From: Polyangiaceae bacterium
GTDB lineage: Bacteria > Myxococcota_A > Polyangia > Polyangiales > Polyangiaceae
Direction of reading: 5' to 3'
Assembly: GCA_035063585.1 (NCBI GenBank)
Contig: JAPSGB010000018.1
Location: forward strand, 1 to 64,000
Length of the DNA stretch: 64,000 bases
Positions within the stretch are counted from its first letter, which is position 1. Every line of letters starts with the position of its first letter. The translations under genes and the position numbers were made by a program. The notes beneath the pieces are model-generated. The model was given only the letters and a program-made list of their open reading frames with translations, did not search any database and was not told the DNA's origin. Positions 1-9,422 of the stretch are shown here, piece by piece.

Positions 1-168
1 TCGCCGAGCGCACCGGCGAGCGCGACGCCGCCAACCACACGATCGAGGCGCGCGACGCCCGCATCGCCTCCCTCGAGGCCGACCTCGCCGAGCGCACCGG
101 CGAGCGCGACGCCGCCAACCAGACGATCGAGGCGCGCGATACCCGCGTCGCTGCGCTCGAGGGGGAGC
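1..168 (+). repeat. 84-bp (28-aa) tandem repeat in the coiled-coil gene
   Basis: tcgccgagcgcaccggcgagcgcgacgccgccaacca... starts at 1 and again at 85. Confidence 0.85.
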
Positions 169-347
169 TCGCCGCGACCAGAGCGGACCTCGAAGAGGAG
201 CGCGGCGCGCTCGCTGGCGAGCGGAGGCGACTCGAGAAGGCGCGCGGCAAGTGGAGCGACGATCGCGCCTCGCTCGAACGCGCGAAGGACGCGCTCGCCG
301 CCGCGCTCGCGCAGATCGAGGAGGCGGAGGGGCGACCGCTCGATTGA
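1..347 (+). CDS. C-terminal fragment of a coiled-coil protein (5' end outside window)
   Basis: Open frame from position 3 reads AERTGERDAANHTIEARDARIASLEADL-AERTGERDAANQTIEARDTRVAALEGEL...EEAEGRPLD, with TGA at 345-347. Heptad-like composition and an internal 28-aa (84-bp) repeat. Confidence 0.7.
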   Translation, partial: AERTGERDAANHTIEARDARIASLEADLAERTGERDAANQTIEARDTRVAALEGELAATRADLEEERGALAGERRRLEKARGKWSDDRASLERAKDALAAALAQIEEAEGRPLD

Positions 348-364
348 GCGGACGCCGCGTGAGC

Positions 365-1855
365 ATGCGACCGAGCGGAGCCCTCGCGCTCTTCGTCACG
401 GTGCTCGTTCTCGACGCGGCGTGCTCGGAGCCGCCGCCTGCCGGCGGCGCCCCGAGCGCGGGAGGCGGTGGCGCGGCCGGCGACGGCGCGGCCGGCAGCG
501 GCGCGGCGAGCGGTGGCGCGGGCGGTCCGAGCGCGGGAGCCGGTGGCGCGAGCGGCGCGGCTGGCGCGACGGTGAGCGCGACCTTCACTCCCTCGGAGGC
601 GCCGCTCGCGAACCCGGAGCGCGGTTGGTATGGCTGGGCGAGCGACGATTTCGGCGCGTCGCTCGAGGTCGACACCGTCGACGCGGCGTTCGCCAAGGGC
701 TACCGCCTGATGTTCGCCAAGGTCGAGCTCGGCGCATTTCGCTCATCGCCCATCTCCGCGACGTTCCTGAGCGAGCTGTCCGCGCGCCTCGCCACTCTGC
801 GAGCGCACGGCATGAAGGCCGTGCTGCGCTTCGCCTACGACTACACGGAGGGCGGGAACGACGCGCCGGCCACGCAGATCGAGAGCCACGTCGAGCAACT
901 CGCGCCGGTGCTCACCGAGAACGCCGACGCGCTCGCGGTGTTCCAAGCGGGGTTCATCGGCGCTTGGGGCGAGTGGCACAGCTCGAAGCACTCGAACTCC
1001 TACGGGTACCACACCAACCCCGGCGTTACCCTGGCCGAGGCCAACCAGAACCGCCTCATCGTGCGCGACGCGCTCCTCGCGGCGACGCCGGCCTCGGTGC
1101 CGCTCGTGTTTCGCGATCCGGGTGATCTGCTCCGCTGGTACCCCGACCCGACCACGCCCTCACGCGTCGGGCTCCACAACGACTGCTTCCTCGCCGGGCC
1201 GACCGACACCGGCACCTACGAGTCGCAAGCGGAGCGAAGCTACGTGATGAGCCTGACCGAGCGAAACTCCTTCGGCGGCGAGACGTGCGACGCCGACACG
1301 CCGCTCCGCACGAGCTGCGACGACATCCGGCGTGAAGGCGCGAGCTACCACCTCGCGTACCTGAACCGCGAATACTTCGAGGGTTTCTTCACGGCGTGGC
1401 AGGCGGGCGGCTGCCTCGACGAGGTCGAGCGGAGGATGGGCTACCGGCTCGAACTCGACGCCGTCCGTCACGCCACCCGCGCGACGCCCGGCTCCACGCT
1501 GCGCGTCGAGGTCGAGCTGCGCAACGTGGGCTGGGCGAGCGTCACCGGCGAGCGCAAGCTCGTGGTCCGCCTCGTGCGGGACGGCAACGTCACCACGGCC
1601 GCCAGCACGACTCGACTGTCGGCGCTCGAGGCTCAGGCGACGAAGTCGACCACGATTCCCATCGACATCGTGCTCCCGACCACCGAGGGCGACTACGCCG
1701 TCGAGCTCGCGGCGCCCGACGTCCATCCTCGAACCATGAGCGACGCGCGCTTCGCCATCCGGTTCGCCAACGCCGACGCTGGAGCGCAGGCGTGGAGGCC
1801 CGCCAGCGCGAGCTTCGCGACCGGGACCATCGTGAGCGTGAGAGCCGGTGACTAG
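365..1855 (+). CDS. Secreted/lipoprotein DUF4832/DUF4874-type protein (glycoside-hydrolase-like TIM barrel)
   Basis: ATG at 365, hydrophobic signal ending AAC, Gly/Ala linker, motifs NPERGWY, GFIGAWGEWH, HNDCFLA, FGGETC, MGYRLEL. Confidence 0.7.
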   Translation: MRPSGALALFVTVLVLDAACSEPPPAGGAPSAGGGGAAGDGAAGSGAASGGAGGPSAGAGGASGAAGATVSATFTPSEAPLANPERGWYGWASDDFGASLEVDTVDAAFAKGYRLMFAKVELGAFRSSPISATFLSELSARLATLRAHGMKAVLRFAYDYTEGGNDAPATQIESHVEQLAPVLTENADALAVFQAGFIGAWGEWHSSKHSNSYGYHTNPGVTLAEANQNRLIVRDALLAATPASVPLVFRDPGDLLRWYPDPTTPSRVGLHNDCFLAGPTDTGTYESQAERSYVMSLTERNSFGGETCDADTPLRTSCDDIRREGASYHLAYLNREYFEGFFTAWQAGGCLDEVERRMGYRLELDAVRHATRATPGSTLRVEVELRNVGWASVTGERKLVVRLVRDGNVTTAASTTRLSALEAQATKSTTIPIDIVLPTTEGDYAVELAAPDVHPRTMSDARFAIRFANADAGAQAWRPASASFATGTIVSVRAGD

Positions 1856-1920
1856 CGCGCTCACCCGGTTCGAGCGCGCGCCACAGAGGCGGCCGCGGAG
1901 GCTCGCCTGCGCGCGACGAG

Positions 1921-2703
1921 CTACTTCATGACGGGAGATTGTTGGCGCGTGGCGGAATCCCGCGCCGCGGCCGCCGCCGCGTCGAGCTCACGCCACTCGC
2001 CGTCGATGAGCCGCTCGTGCGGCAGATAGCGGGCCTTATACTGCATCGCGCTCGACTCGGCGATGTAGAGACCGAGATACAAGTGGCGGAGCCCCCAGCG
2101 CTGGCAGAGCTCGACCTGCTTCATGATGGAATAGGTGCCCGGGCCAAATCGCGCGAAGCGCGGACTATAGTGACAGTACACCGCCGATAGAGAGAAGCTC
2201 CCGCGATCGACGACGGCCACCGCAGCGAGCTCGTCACCGACGTAGTACGCGAGCTCGAAGGACTCACAGCAGGTGTTCACCAGGAACTCGCGGTAGCCGT
2301 CCGCGCCAATCGGTGGCTGGCCGTCCCCGAGACCCCGCGCGCACTTGTGCGCGTTGTAGAGCGCGACGCGCTCGGTATCGACGCGCGGCGGGCCGACCTC
2401 TACCCGAAACACCCGCTCGCCGCGCTGGAAGATGCGGCGCTGCGAGCCGCTCGCGCGAAAGCGAGTGACATCGAGGCGGATCGGCTCACAAGCGCGGCAG
2501 GCAGGGCACGCGGTGCGATAGAGCATGGCGCCCTGGCGACGATCGCCGGCCGCGAGCCGCACCTCGAGCTGACCCGGCTCGAGCATGCGCACCGGAAGAC
2601 GGAGCGGCATCCGCGCCACCCGTCCGGGGAGGTAGGGGCAGGGGCTCAGGTGGTCGAGCACGACGAGCTCGGGCGGGTTGCCGGGCAAGAGCGGGATCGT
2701 CAC
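1921..2703 (-). CDS. ate: Arginyl-tRNA-protein transferase family (Ate/Bpt)
   Basis: CPYLPGR, LYRTACPACRACEPIRL, SAVYCHY, LYLGLYI, MQYKARYLPHE motifs. Confidence 0.85.
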   Translation of the reverse strand: MTIPLLPGNPPELVVLDHLSPCPYLPGRVARMPLRLPVRMLEPGQLEVRLAAGDRRQGAMLYRTACPACRACEPIRLDVTRFRASGSQRRIFQRGERVFRVEVGPPRVDTERVALYNAHKCARGLGDGQPPIGADGYREFLVNTCCESFELAYYVGDELAAVAVVDRGSFSLSAVYCHYSPRFARFGPGTYSIMKQVELCQRWGLRHLYLGLYIAESSAMQYKARYLPHERLIDGEWRELDAAAAAARDSATRQQSPVMK

Positions 2704-2746
2704 GGGCGCGGTACGAGTTCTACGCCACGCGGCGCTGGCGGGCGAG

Positions 2747-3289
2747 TCAACGCGCGGGCGCCTCGGCCAGCAGCGCGGTGAGACGCGGCAAGAGCTCGCC
2801 GACCGCGCCCGGCCCCTTGATCGAGCCTGCCATCCGGCGCGAGGTCCCGCGACCCTCGGCGTCGGGAAGGCAGAAGAGCGGGATCATCGGCGACTCATAG
2901 CCCGCCTCCGCGAGGAGCTCGCCGCTCCGGTCGAGATCATAGCCGATGAAGCGAACCCCGCGGAGCTCGCGGTCGAGCTCGCCCGCCGCGAGCGCGCGAT
3001 GGAACCGCTCGCACGGCTCGCACCATTTCGCCCCGACGTAGACCACGACCGTCGCGCGAGCCTCCTCCGCACGCGTGAGCTCGGCGCGCACGAACGCGGC
3101 CACGTCTTCGCCCGGCGGCGCCTCGATGAACCGCGGCGCGGCCCCCGGAGCCGGCGGTGGCGCTGCCCGAGCGGAGCTCACCGGGCGTGACTCAGGCTCG
3201 CTCGGCGCGCTCGAGTGGCATCCGGTCAGGATGGTCATCGCGAGCACGAGCGGCGCGGCGCGGCGCGACGAGCGGGCGCGACGGCTCAT
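2747..3289 (-). CDS. Thioredoxin-like lipoprotein
   Basis: ATG 3289 overlaps the upstream stop (ATGA). Lipobox-like ILTGC and WCEPC CxxC motif. Confidence 0.7.
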   Translation of the reverse strand: MSRRARSSRRAAPLVLAMTILTGCHSSAPSEPESRPVSSARAAPPPAPGAAPRFIEAPPGEDVAAFVRAELTRAEEARATVVVYVGAKWCEPCERFHRALAAGELDRELRGVRFIGYDLDRSGELLAEAGYESPMIPLFCLPDAEGRGTSRRMAGSIKGPGAVGELLPRLTALLAEAPAR

Positions 3290-4623
3290 GCGAGCCCCGC
3301 GCGCCGCAGGAGCCGCCGCGCCTCGGTGCGCGCGGTGCGGGCGACGCGCTCGGCGTCGAGGGTGCGAAGCACACCGCCATCCACCACCGGCACGCCGTCG
3401 ACCAGCACCGTCTCGACGTCGCGCGCCTGGGTCGCGTAGACGAGCGTCCCGATCGGGTCGAGGGCGGGCGCGACGTGCGGCCGATCGCGCCGCACGACCA
3501 CCAAGTCTGCTCGCTTGCCCGGCTCGATGGAGCCAACGCGCTCGGCGAGCCCAAGAATGCGCGCGCCGTCGATGGTGGCCATCCGCAGTACCGCGCGGGC
3601 GGGGAGGGCGCCCGGCCCGCTGCACGCGCTCGCGACGAGCGCCGCGTGCCGCAGCTCGAGCCATGGATCCAGGTTGTTGTTACAAGGCGCGCCGTCGGCG
3701 CCGAGCCCGGTAACCACCCCCGCACGTCGCATCTCCGCGACCCGCGCCAGCCCGCTTCCCAGCTTCAGGTTTGCGCTCGGGCAGTGCACGAGCTGTGTGC
3801 CGTCCGCGGCGAGGCGACGGAGCTGCGCCTTCGTAAACTGCACGCCGTGGGCGAGCGACGCGCGCGGCCCGCAAAATCCCCAGCGTCGCAAGACGTCGAC
3901 GTCATCCATACCGAGCGCGCGCCGCACCGCGCGGCGCTCGCCGGCATGCTCGCCGGCGTGGGTGTGAAGCCGCGCCCCGGAGTCCGCGGCGCGCTCGACC
4001 GCGCCGCGGACGAGCGCCTCCGAGCACGAGAGCACGAAGCGCGGGATGTAAGCGTACTTTACGCGCCCCGAAGGGTGTGCTGCCCAGGTGCGCTCGAGCC
4101 GCGCCGCCTCGCGGAGTTCGGCGGCCGTCGAACGGCGGAGCCGGCGCGGCACCCGATCACCCGTGTCCATGAGCGTCTTGCCGCCGAGCACGCGCACGCC
4201 GGCCCGCACGCAGGCGTCGAAGACCACGTCGTGGTGGTTCACCGTGCCGAGATCGAGGAGGGCCGTGGCACCGGCCGACAAGAGCTCGGTGAGCCCGAGC
4301 TCGGCGCTCGCGCGCAGGCTCGCCTCGTCGTGCGCGGCCTCGAGCGGCCAGATGCGCCGCTCGAGCCACTCGAGGAGCGGGAGATCGTCCGCCATGCCGC
4401 GGAGCAGCGCCTGGCAGAGGTGGACGTGCGCCATCACGAGCCCCGGCAAGACGATCCGATCCTCGGCGCGCACCAGGCGAGCGCCCGGCGCGGCGCGCAC
4501 GCGACCGACCGCGACGATCTCGCCGTCGCGCACGAGGACGTCGCCGCGCATCACGCGGTCGGAGGCGTCGCAGGTGACCAGCGTCCCGCCGCGGATCCAG
4601 AGCTCGTCGGGCGGGACGCTCAT
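3286..4623 (-). CDS. Amidohydrolase, MTA/SAH or 5'-deoxyadenosine deaminase family
   Basis: PGLVMAHVH, LHTHAGE, AHGV, HCPSANLKLGSG, GLGADG, GSIEPGKRADLVV motifs; in operon with cdd and PNP. Confidence 0.85.
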   Translation of the reverse strand: MSVPPDELWIRGGTLVTCDASDRVMRGDVLVRDGEIVAVGRVRAAPGARLVRAEDRIVLPGLVMAHVHLCQALLRGMADDLPLLEWLERRIWPLEAAHDEASLRASAELGLTELLSAGATALLDLGTVNHHDVVFDACVRAGVRVLGGKTLMDTGDRVPRRLRRSTAAELREAARLERTWAAHPSGRVKYAYIPRFVLSCSEALVRGAVERAADSGARLHTHAGEHAGERRAVRRALGMDDVDVLRRWGFCGPRASLAHGVQFTKAQLRRLAADGTQLVHCPSANLKLGSGLARVAEMRRAGVVTGLGADGAPCNNNLDPWLELRHAALVASACSGPGALPARAVLRMATIDGARILGLAERVGSIEPGKRADLVVVRRDRPHVAPALDPIGTLVYATQARDVETVLVDGVPVVDGGVLRTLDAERVARTARTEARRLLRRAGLA

Positions 4624-5021
4624 CGCTCGAGCTCGAAGGCGCGCGGCAGCAGTTCGCCGATGGTCGTGCGCTCGAAGCCGCGCGGGTTGGCGCTGACGAT
4701 CTCCGCGCCTTCGCCGTGCTCATGGATGACTTGGCGACAGATCCCGCAGGGCATGGCGAGCTCGGAGGCGTCGGTGAAGACGGCGACCGCCGCGAGCCCG
4801 TGGTCGCCGGCCGCGATCATCTGGACGATGGCGGCTCGCTCCGCGCAAATCGTCGCGCCGTAGGTCGCGTTCTCGACGTTGCAGCCGATGTAGACGTTAC
4901 CCGCCATGGAGCGCACCGCCGCTCCCACCAGGAAGCTCGAGTACGGCGCGTAGGCGTGCGCTCTCACCGCGCGCGCGCGCTCGATGAGCGCGCGCTCGTC
5001 CGTCGTGAGCGGCGCGGTCAT
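4620..5021 (-). CDS. cdd: Cytidine deaminase
   Basis: AYAPYSSFLVGAA, GCNVENATYGATICAER, PCGICRQ. Confidence 0.93.
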   Translation of the reverse strand: MTAPLTTDERALIERARAVRAHAYAPYSSFLVGAAVRSMAGNVYIGCNVENATYGATICAERAAIVQMIAAGDHGLAAVAVFTDASELAMPCGICRQVIHEHGEGAEIVSANPRGFERTTIGELLPRAFELER

Positions 5022-5851
5022 CGCTTCACCTGCTCGCCGGTGAGCTCGGTCCAGCGGGTGAGGAGCCGGATGAAGCGCTCGCGCGCCCTCCCGGCCGTCT
5101 CCTCGACCTCGCGGTGGTCGAGCAGCGCGCCGCTCATGCCGGCGGCGAGGTTGGTGATGCAGCTCACCGCGCCGACCCGGACGCCGCGCTGGCGGAGCGC
5201 GATGACCTCGGGCACCGTGCTCATCCCGACCGCGTCGGCGCCGACGGTGCGGAGCATGCGGATCTCGGCAGGGGTCTCGTAGCTCGGCCCGAGCATCGCG
5301 GCGTACACGCCTTCGCGGAGCGACACGCTCGTCTCTCGCGCGGCCTGTCGCGCCGCGCCGGCGAGCTCCGCGTCGTAGGCGCAGGTCATGTCGGGGAATC
5401 GCGGCCCGCGCGCGTCGTTCGGGCCGACCAGCGGATTTCTCCCCATGAGGTTCAAGTGATCGACGATGAGCATGAGGTCGCCCGCCGCGAACTCTTGCGA
5501 GATCCCGCCGGCCGCGTTGGTGAGCAGCACCGCGCGGCAGCCGAGCTGCGCGAGCAGACGCACCCCGAATACGACGCGCTCGAGCGGGTGCCCCTCATAG
5601 GCGTGCACCCGCCCTTGGAGGCAAGCGACCTCCACCGCGCCGACCCGGCCGAGGCAGAGGTTGCCCGCGTGCCCGACCACCGCCGAGCGCGGCATCTCCG
5701 GCACCGCGTCGTAAGGGATCTTTTCGAGGTCGGCGAGCGTGTCGCCGAAGGCGCCGAGACCCGAGCCGAGCACGACCCCGACGCAGGGCTCCGGGCGCCC
5801 GAGTCGGCGGACGAAGCGCTCAGCGAGACCGAGAGGGTTCGAGGAGTCCAT
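5018..5851 (-). CDS. Purine nucleoside phosphorylase (trimeric type)
   Basis: VLGSGLG, GHAG, GRVHAYEG, LTNAAGG, GPSYETPAE, VGMSTVPE, ITNLAAG; start re-picked at ATG 5851. Confidence 0.92.
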   Translation of the reverse strand: MDSSNPLGLAERFVRRLGRPEPCVGVVLGSGLGAFGDTLADLEKIPYDAVPEMPRSAVVGHAGNLCLGRVGAVEVACLQGRVHAYEGHPLERVVFGVRLLAQLGCRAVLLTNAAGGISQEFAAGDLMLIVDHLNLMGRNPLVGPNDARGPRFPDMTCAYDAELAGAARQAARETSVSLREGVYAAMLGPSYETPAEIRMLRTVGADAVGMSTVPEVIALRQRGVRVGAVSCITNLAAGMSGALLDHREVEETAGRARERFIRLLTRWTELTGEQVKR

Positions 5852-5943
5852 GGGCGAAACCGTACACCCCTTGGCCGAGAGCCGGAGTGGGTCTATGTTC
5901 CGGGCCCCGCGCTCTTCCGCGCCTTCAAACCACGTAGCGAGCC

Positions 5944-6267
5944 ATGGCAAGCAAGTTCGAGCAGTTCATCACCGACAAGCAGATCGACCCCCGGCGGATC
6001 CTCGCCACCTCCAAGCGACTCGAGCAGCTCCGCCCGGCGGATCGAGCGCTTCGGCTCGAGCGCCGGCAGGGGAAGTCCAAGGACGCCAAGCAGAGCGAGA
6101 CCACGGGTAAGCCGCGGAGCGGGCGCCCGGTGACCCCGCGACTCATCGCCCAGGCGACGGCCGGAAAGCCGGTATCCGGCCCCGCAAAGACCCGCATCTT
6201 GCGGGCCGTCAACCATATCCTCGAGCAGAAAAAGCAGCCCGCAGCCGAATTGAAGTCGCTCTTCTGA
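5944..6267 (+). CDS. Small basic hypothetical protein
   Basis: Compact 107-aa Lys/Arg-rich ORF with coding-like codon use, divergent from the PNP operon. Confidence 0.65.
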   Translation: MASKFEQFITDKQIDPRRILATSKRLEQLRPADRALRLERRQGKSKDAKQSETTGKPRSGRPVTPRLIAQATAGKPVSGPAKTRILRAVNHILEQKKQPAAELKSLF

Positions 6268-6456
6268 GCCGGGATGGCCCGATGGCCCGATGGCCCGGCG
6301 GCTCCGCGGGGCCCGTGAAGATCGTGCGGGCGGCGCGCACCGGAGGGGGGGATGCAGTCGAGCCGCGCCGCCCTGGAGTCGTGGGTCGCGGTCGGGCGCG
6401 TCGCGCCGCCGGCCGACCCGCGGCGCCTGCGTGGGAGTGGCGCTAGACTCGCGCGC

Positions 6457-7077
6457 GTGACTGAGGGCGACGATCTCGTGTCTCGCGCCGCCCAGGGCGA
6501 CGAGCGCGCGTTCCGCGCGCTCTTCCGCGCGCACCGGAGCGATGTCACCCGGCTCGTGCATCGCATGCTCGGGCGCTCGAATGACGTCGAGGACGTGGTG
6601 CAGGAAGCGTGGGTGCAGGTGCACCGCTGCATCAAGGACTTCCGGTATCAGGCGCGTTTCTCGACTTGGCTCTACCGCGTCACGGTGAACGTGGTGCTCA
6701 TGCACCGGCGCGCGGCGCGGTCTCGACCGACCCTCGTCGAGGCGCCGCCCACGCTGGTGACCCGAGACCGCGCGCCGCTCCCGGACGAGCAGGTCGCGCG
6801 CGGCGCTCGGCTCGAGGCATTTACGCGGCTGCTCGAGCGGCTGAGCGAGAAGAAGCGCACCGTGTTCGTGCTCCACGACCTGGAAGGCGTGGCACCGACC
6901 GACATCGCGGAGATCGTCGGCGCGCCGGTGCTGACGGTGCGGACGCGTCTCTTCTACGCGCGCCGCGAGCTCGCGGCGATGATGCACGAGGAACCCACGC
7001 TCGCGGCGCTGGTCGCCGAGCTCGAAGCATCGGGCAGCTCCGCGGCCGCGCGCCGCCCCGAGTCAGAGGTGACGTAA
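6457..7077 (+). CDS. ECF sigma factor
   Basis: GDERAFRALF, DVEDVVQEAW, FSTWLYRVTVN, region 4 IAEIVGAPVLTVRTRLFYAR; GTG start at 6457 inferred. Confidence 0.9.
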   Translation: MTEGDDLVSRAAQGDERAFRALFRAHRSDVTRLVHRMLGRSNDVEDVVQEAWVQVHRCIKDFRYQARFSTWLYRVTVNVVLMHRRAARSRPTLVEAPPTLVTRDRAPLPDEQVARGARLEAFTRLLERLSEKKRTVFVLHDLEGVAPTDIAEIVGAPVLTVRTRLFYARRELAAMMHEEPTLAALVAELEASGSSAAARRPESEVT

Positions 7078-8201
7078 TGTCCAACGAATCCGCCAGGATA
7101 CGAGCGCTTCGCCAGCTCACGGAGGAGGCGAGACAGGCGCCCTCGCCGAAGCTCGACTGGGACGCGCTCGAGGAGCGCCTCTTCACCGCCGAGCCCGGGC
7201 TTACGCTCGCGCGGGTCACGCCGTCCCGAGCGCGCTGGGCGCTCCTCGCGGCGGCGGCGGCCGCGGTGGTCGCGGGAGGCGTCGGGCTCCGCGGCGGAGC
7301 GCCATCGCAGCCGAGCGCCGCGGTCAGCGAGCCCAACCACCCGAGGGTGTTCGGTCCGGCCGGCGCGGCGCTCGACGGCGCGGCGCTCATCGAGGGCGAT
7401 CGCGTGCTCGCGGGAGACGCGCCGGTCGTGGTCTCGGAGCCTGGTCGCGCGACGTGGACGCTCGCGCCGCACGGCTCGGCGACGCTGGTCGACGCGGGCC
7501 GGTTCCGCACCGTTCGACTCGAAGCCGGCGCGATCAGCGTGGCCGTCGTGCCCAAGCTCGCTCCGGAGTCGTTCGCGATCGAGGTCGGGCACACTCGGGT
7601 CGCGGCGCACGGCACGCGCTTCACCGTGAAGCGCGCGGGAGAGCGCGCGGAGGTGACGCTCGAGGAGGGCGTGGTAGCGGTCGGCGCTTCGGCGGACCGC
7701 GGGCGCACGCGGGGTTTCGTGATGCGCGCGCCGTCGACCGGCCGTTTCTCGCTGGACGGCGCGAAGCTCGGCGAGGTGAACGGACCGCCCGCGGACTCGC
7801 TCGAAGCGGCGCGAGCGGGCGCGGAGGACGAGCGCGCCGCGACGCCGGCCGCGACGCCCCGACCCCCGAAGTCGACGGGCCCGAGCGCTCGGCCCGAACC
7901 CGACGCGGCGCGGCCGGACGTGCCCGACGCGGTGGCGCTCGAGCGCGGCGCAGCTCGGGTCATGGCGCTCGTCGAGGAGTGTTTCTCGAAGGGCACCGCG
8001 GCGCCGAGAGGAGTCGCGATCAGCGCTCGCGTGAGCCTCTCGTTCTCGGTGCTGCCTTCCGGCGAGGTGGCGGCGCTCACCGCTGAGCCGCCGCTGTCCC
8101 CGGAGGTCCAGGCGTGCAGCGAGCGCGAGCTGTCGGGGCCGCTCTTCGCGGCCTCGCGTCGCGGTGCGACCATCACTCGGACGCTGCACCTGGCGCGCTA
8201 G
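7077..8201 (+). CDS. FecR-domain anti-sigma-like membrane protein
   Basis: TAATG overlap with the sigma gene, one TM segment, FecR-like VRLEAGAI...VAAHGTRFTV...VTLEEGVVAV, Pro-rich linker. Confidence 0.75.
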   Translation: MSNESARIRALRQLTEEARQAPSPKLDWDALEERLFTAEPGLTLARVTPSRARWALLAAAAAAVVAGGVGLRGGAPSQPSAAVSEPNHPRVFGPAGAALDGAALIEGDRVLAGDAPVVVSEPGRATWTLAPHGSATLVDAGRFRTVRLEAGAISVAVVPKLAPESFAIEVGHTRVAAHGTRFTVKRAGERAEVTLEEGVVAVGASADRGRTRGFVMRAPSTGRFSLDGAKLGEVNGPPADSLEAARAGAEDERAATPAATPRPPKSTGPSARPEPDAARPDVPDAVALERGAARVMALVEECFSKGTAAPRGVAISARVSLSFSVLPSGEVAALTAEPPLSPEVQACSERELSGPLFAASRRGATITRTLHLAR

Positions 8202-8211
8202 CCGGGGCCGC

Positions 8212-8643
8212 TCATTCCTGGCGCCGGAGGAGGACCGAGCGCCCTCCGGACAGGCGCCAGCGCATCCGAGCGTCGTCATCGAGGCTGAACCGCGCCCGAT
8301 CGATCGCGCCGTCCTTTCGGGTGACGGCGATGTCGACGTCGTTTCGGTTCACCTTCACGACCTTGTAGGACCCGCTGCGGGCCTCCTCGGCCGGGATCGA
8401 GACGGTCAGGTCCGAGCCGGCAAACTCCAGGCTGGTGCCGCGGGCCCAGCCGGTCGCCGCGGCCGTCAGCGCGTCGTCGAAGTTCTCTACGCCCTCGCCG
8501 AGCCAGCGCCCCTGGAGCTTGCGCTCCACCGGGTGCCCGCACGCCCCCACCCCGAGCGCGAGCAACGCAGCACCGACGAGCGCCCCGAACCGTCGTGTTG
8601 ATTGGATGGGCAATCTCATCGAGGAGAATGGTACGATACGCAC
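8212..8643 (-). CDS. Hypothetical lipoprotein
   Basis: Hydrophobic signal ending VGAC, then LQGRW beta-rich domain; start uncertain. Confidence 0.6.
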   Translation of the reverse strand: MRIVPFSSMRLPIQSTRRFGALVGAALLALGVGACGHPVERKLQGRWLGEGVENFDDALTAAATGWARGTSLEFAGSDLTVSIPAEEARSGSYKVVKVNRNDVDIAVTRKDGAIDRARFSLDDDARMRWRLSGGRSVLLRRQE

Positions 8644-8773
8644 CTACACATTCCCACAAATCCTCACATTTGATCGGGCAGGCAGGGTCGCGACGCCGGA
8701 AGCGGTCGAGATCTGCCTAGTTCCGCCGAGATGCGCTAAGTTCGCGCCCCGCGACCGCCCGACGCCACCGACG

Positions 8774-9421
8774 ATGACCTCCTCTCTGACCTTGCCTCAG
8801 CTCCGTCGGGTCGTGCAGAACGGCTGGGAGGAGGTCGTCGGCTGGCTGATCTCGAAGCCGCGGATCACCGAGCTGCCGCACCCCGAGCAGCAGATCCTGT
8901 TCGAGTTCGCCTCGCGGCTCCGGACCACGCTGCGGAGCTTGGCGAACAACCTCGCGTGGGACCGCCTCATCTTCGACGCGTCGAGCTCGACGCTCGGCGC
9001 GCACGCGCTCGCCGACGCGGTCGGGCGGCGCGCGCCGATCCACATCGACACCCGACAGCTCTTTGGGATCCCGCAGCGCCGCCGGCGCACCGCTGCGGAG
9101 CCGGATCTCGCCATCGCGGTGCACGTGCTCCGCTCGGCCCCCGAGCTCGTGGATCTCGACGACGACGCCACGCCCCGTCACCAGGCCTACCTCCCGACCA
9201 ACATCCACACCCAAGGGTGGCTCCTCGAAGAGCACGTCCGCCAGCTCGACGACATCACCGACGAGCCGTGCGACGGCTTCCTGTTCGTCGTGTACTCGAA
9301 CAAGGCGCAGCGGCGCACCGCCGTCGACCGGCGCGAGGTCGCCTCCTGGGCCTCTTGGCACCAGCCGAGCGACGCGCTCTGGTGGGCGTCGCGACATTTT
9401 CGCGCGCGCGAGCCGCGCTAG
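8774..9421 (+). CDS. Hypothetical protein
   Basis: Protein-like composition from ATG 8774 with strong GC3 bias; no recognised motif. Confidence 0.65.
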   Translation: MTSSLTLPQLRRVVQNGWEEVVGWLISKPRITELPHPEQQILFEFASRLRTTLRSLANNLAWDRLIFDASSSTLGAHALADAVGRRAPIHIDTRQLFGIPQRRRRTAAEPDLAIAVHVLRSAPELVDLDDDATPRHQAYLPTNIHTQGWLLEEHVRQLDDITDEPCDGFLFVVYSNKAQRRTAVDRREVASWASWHQPSDALWWASRHFRAREPR

Positions 9422-9422
9422 C

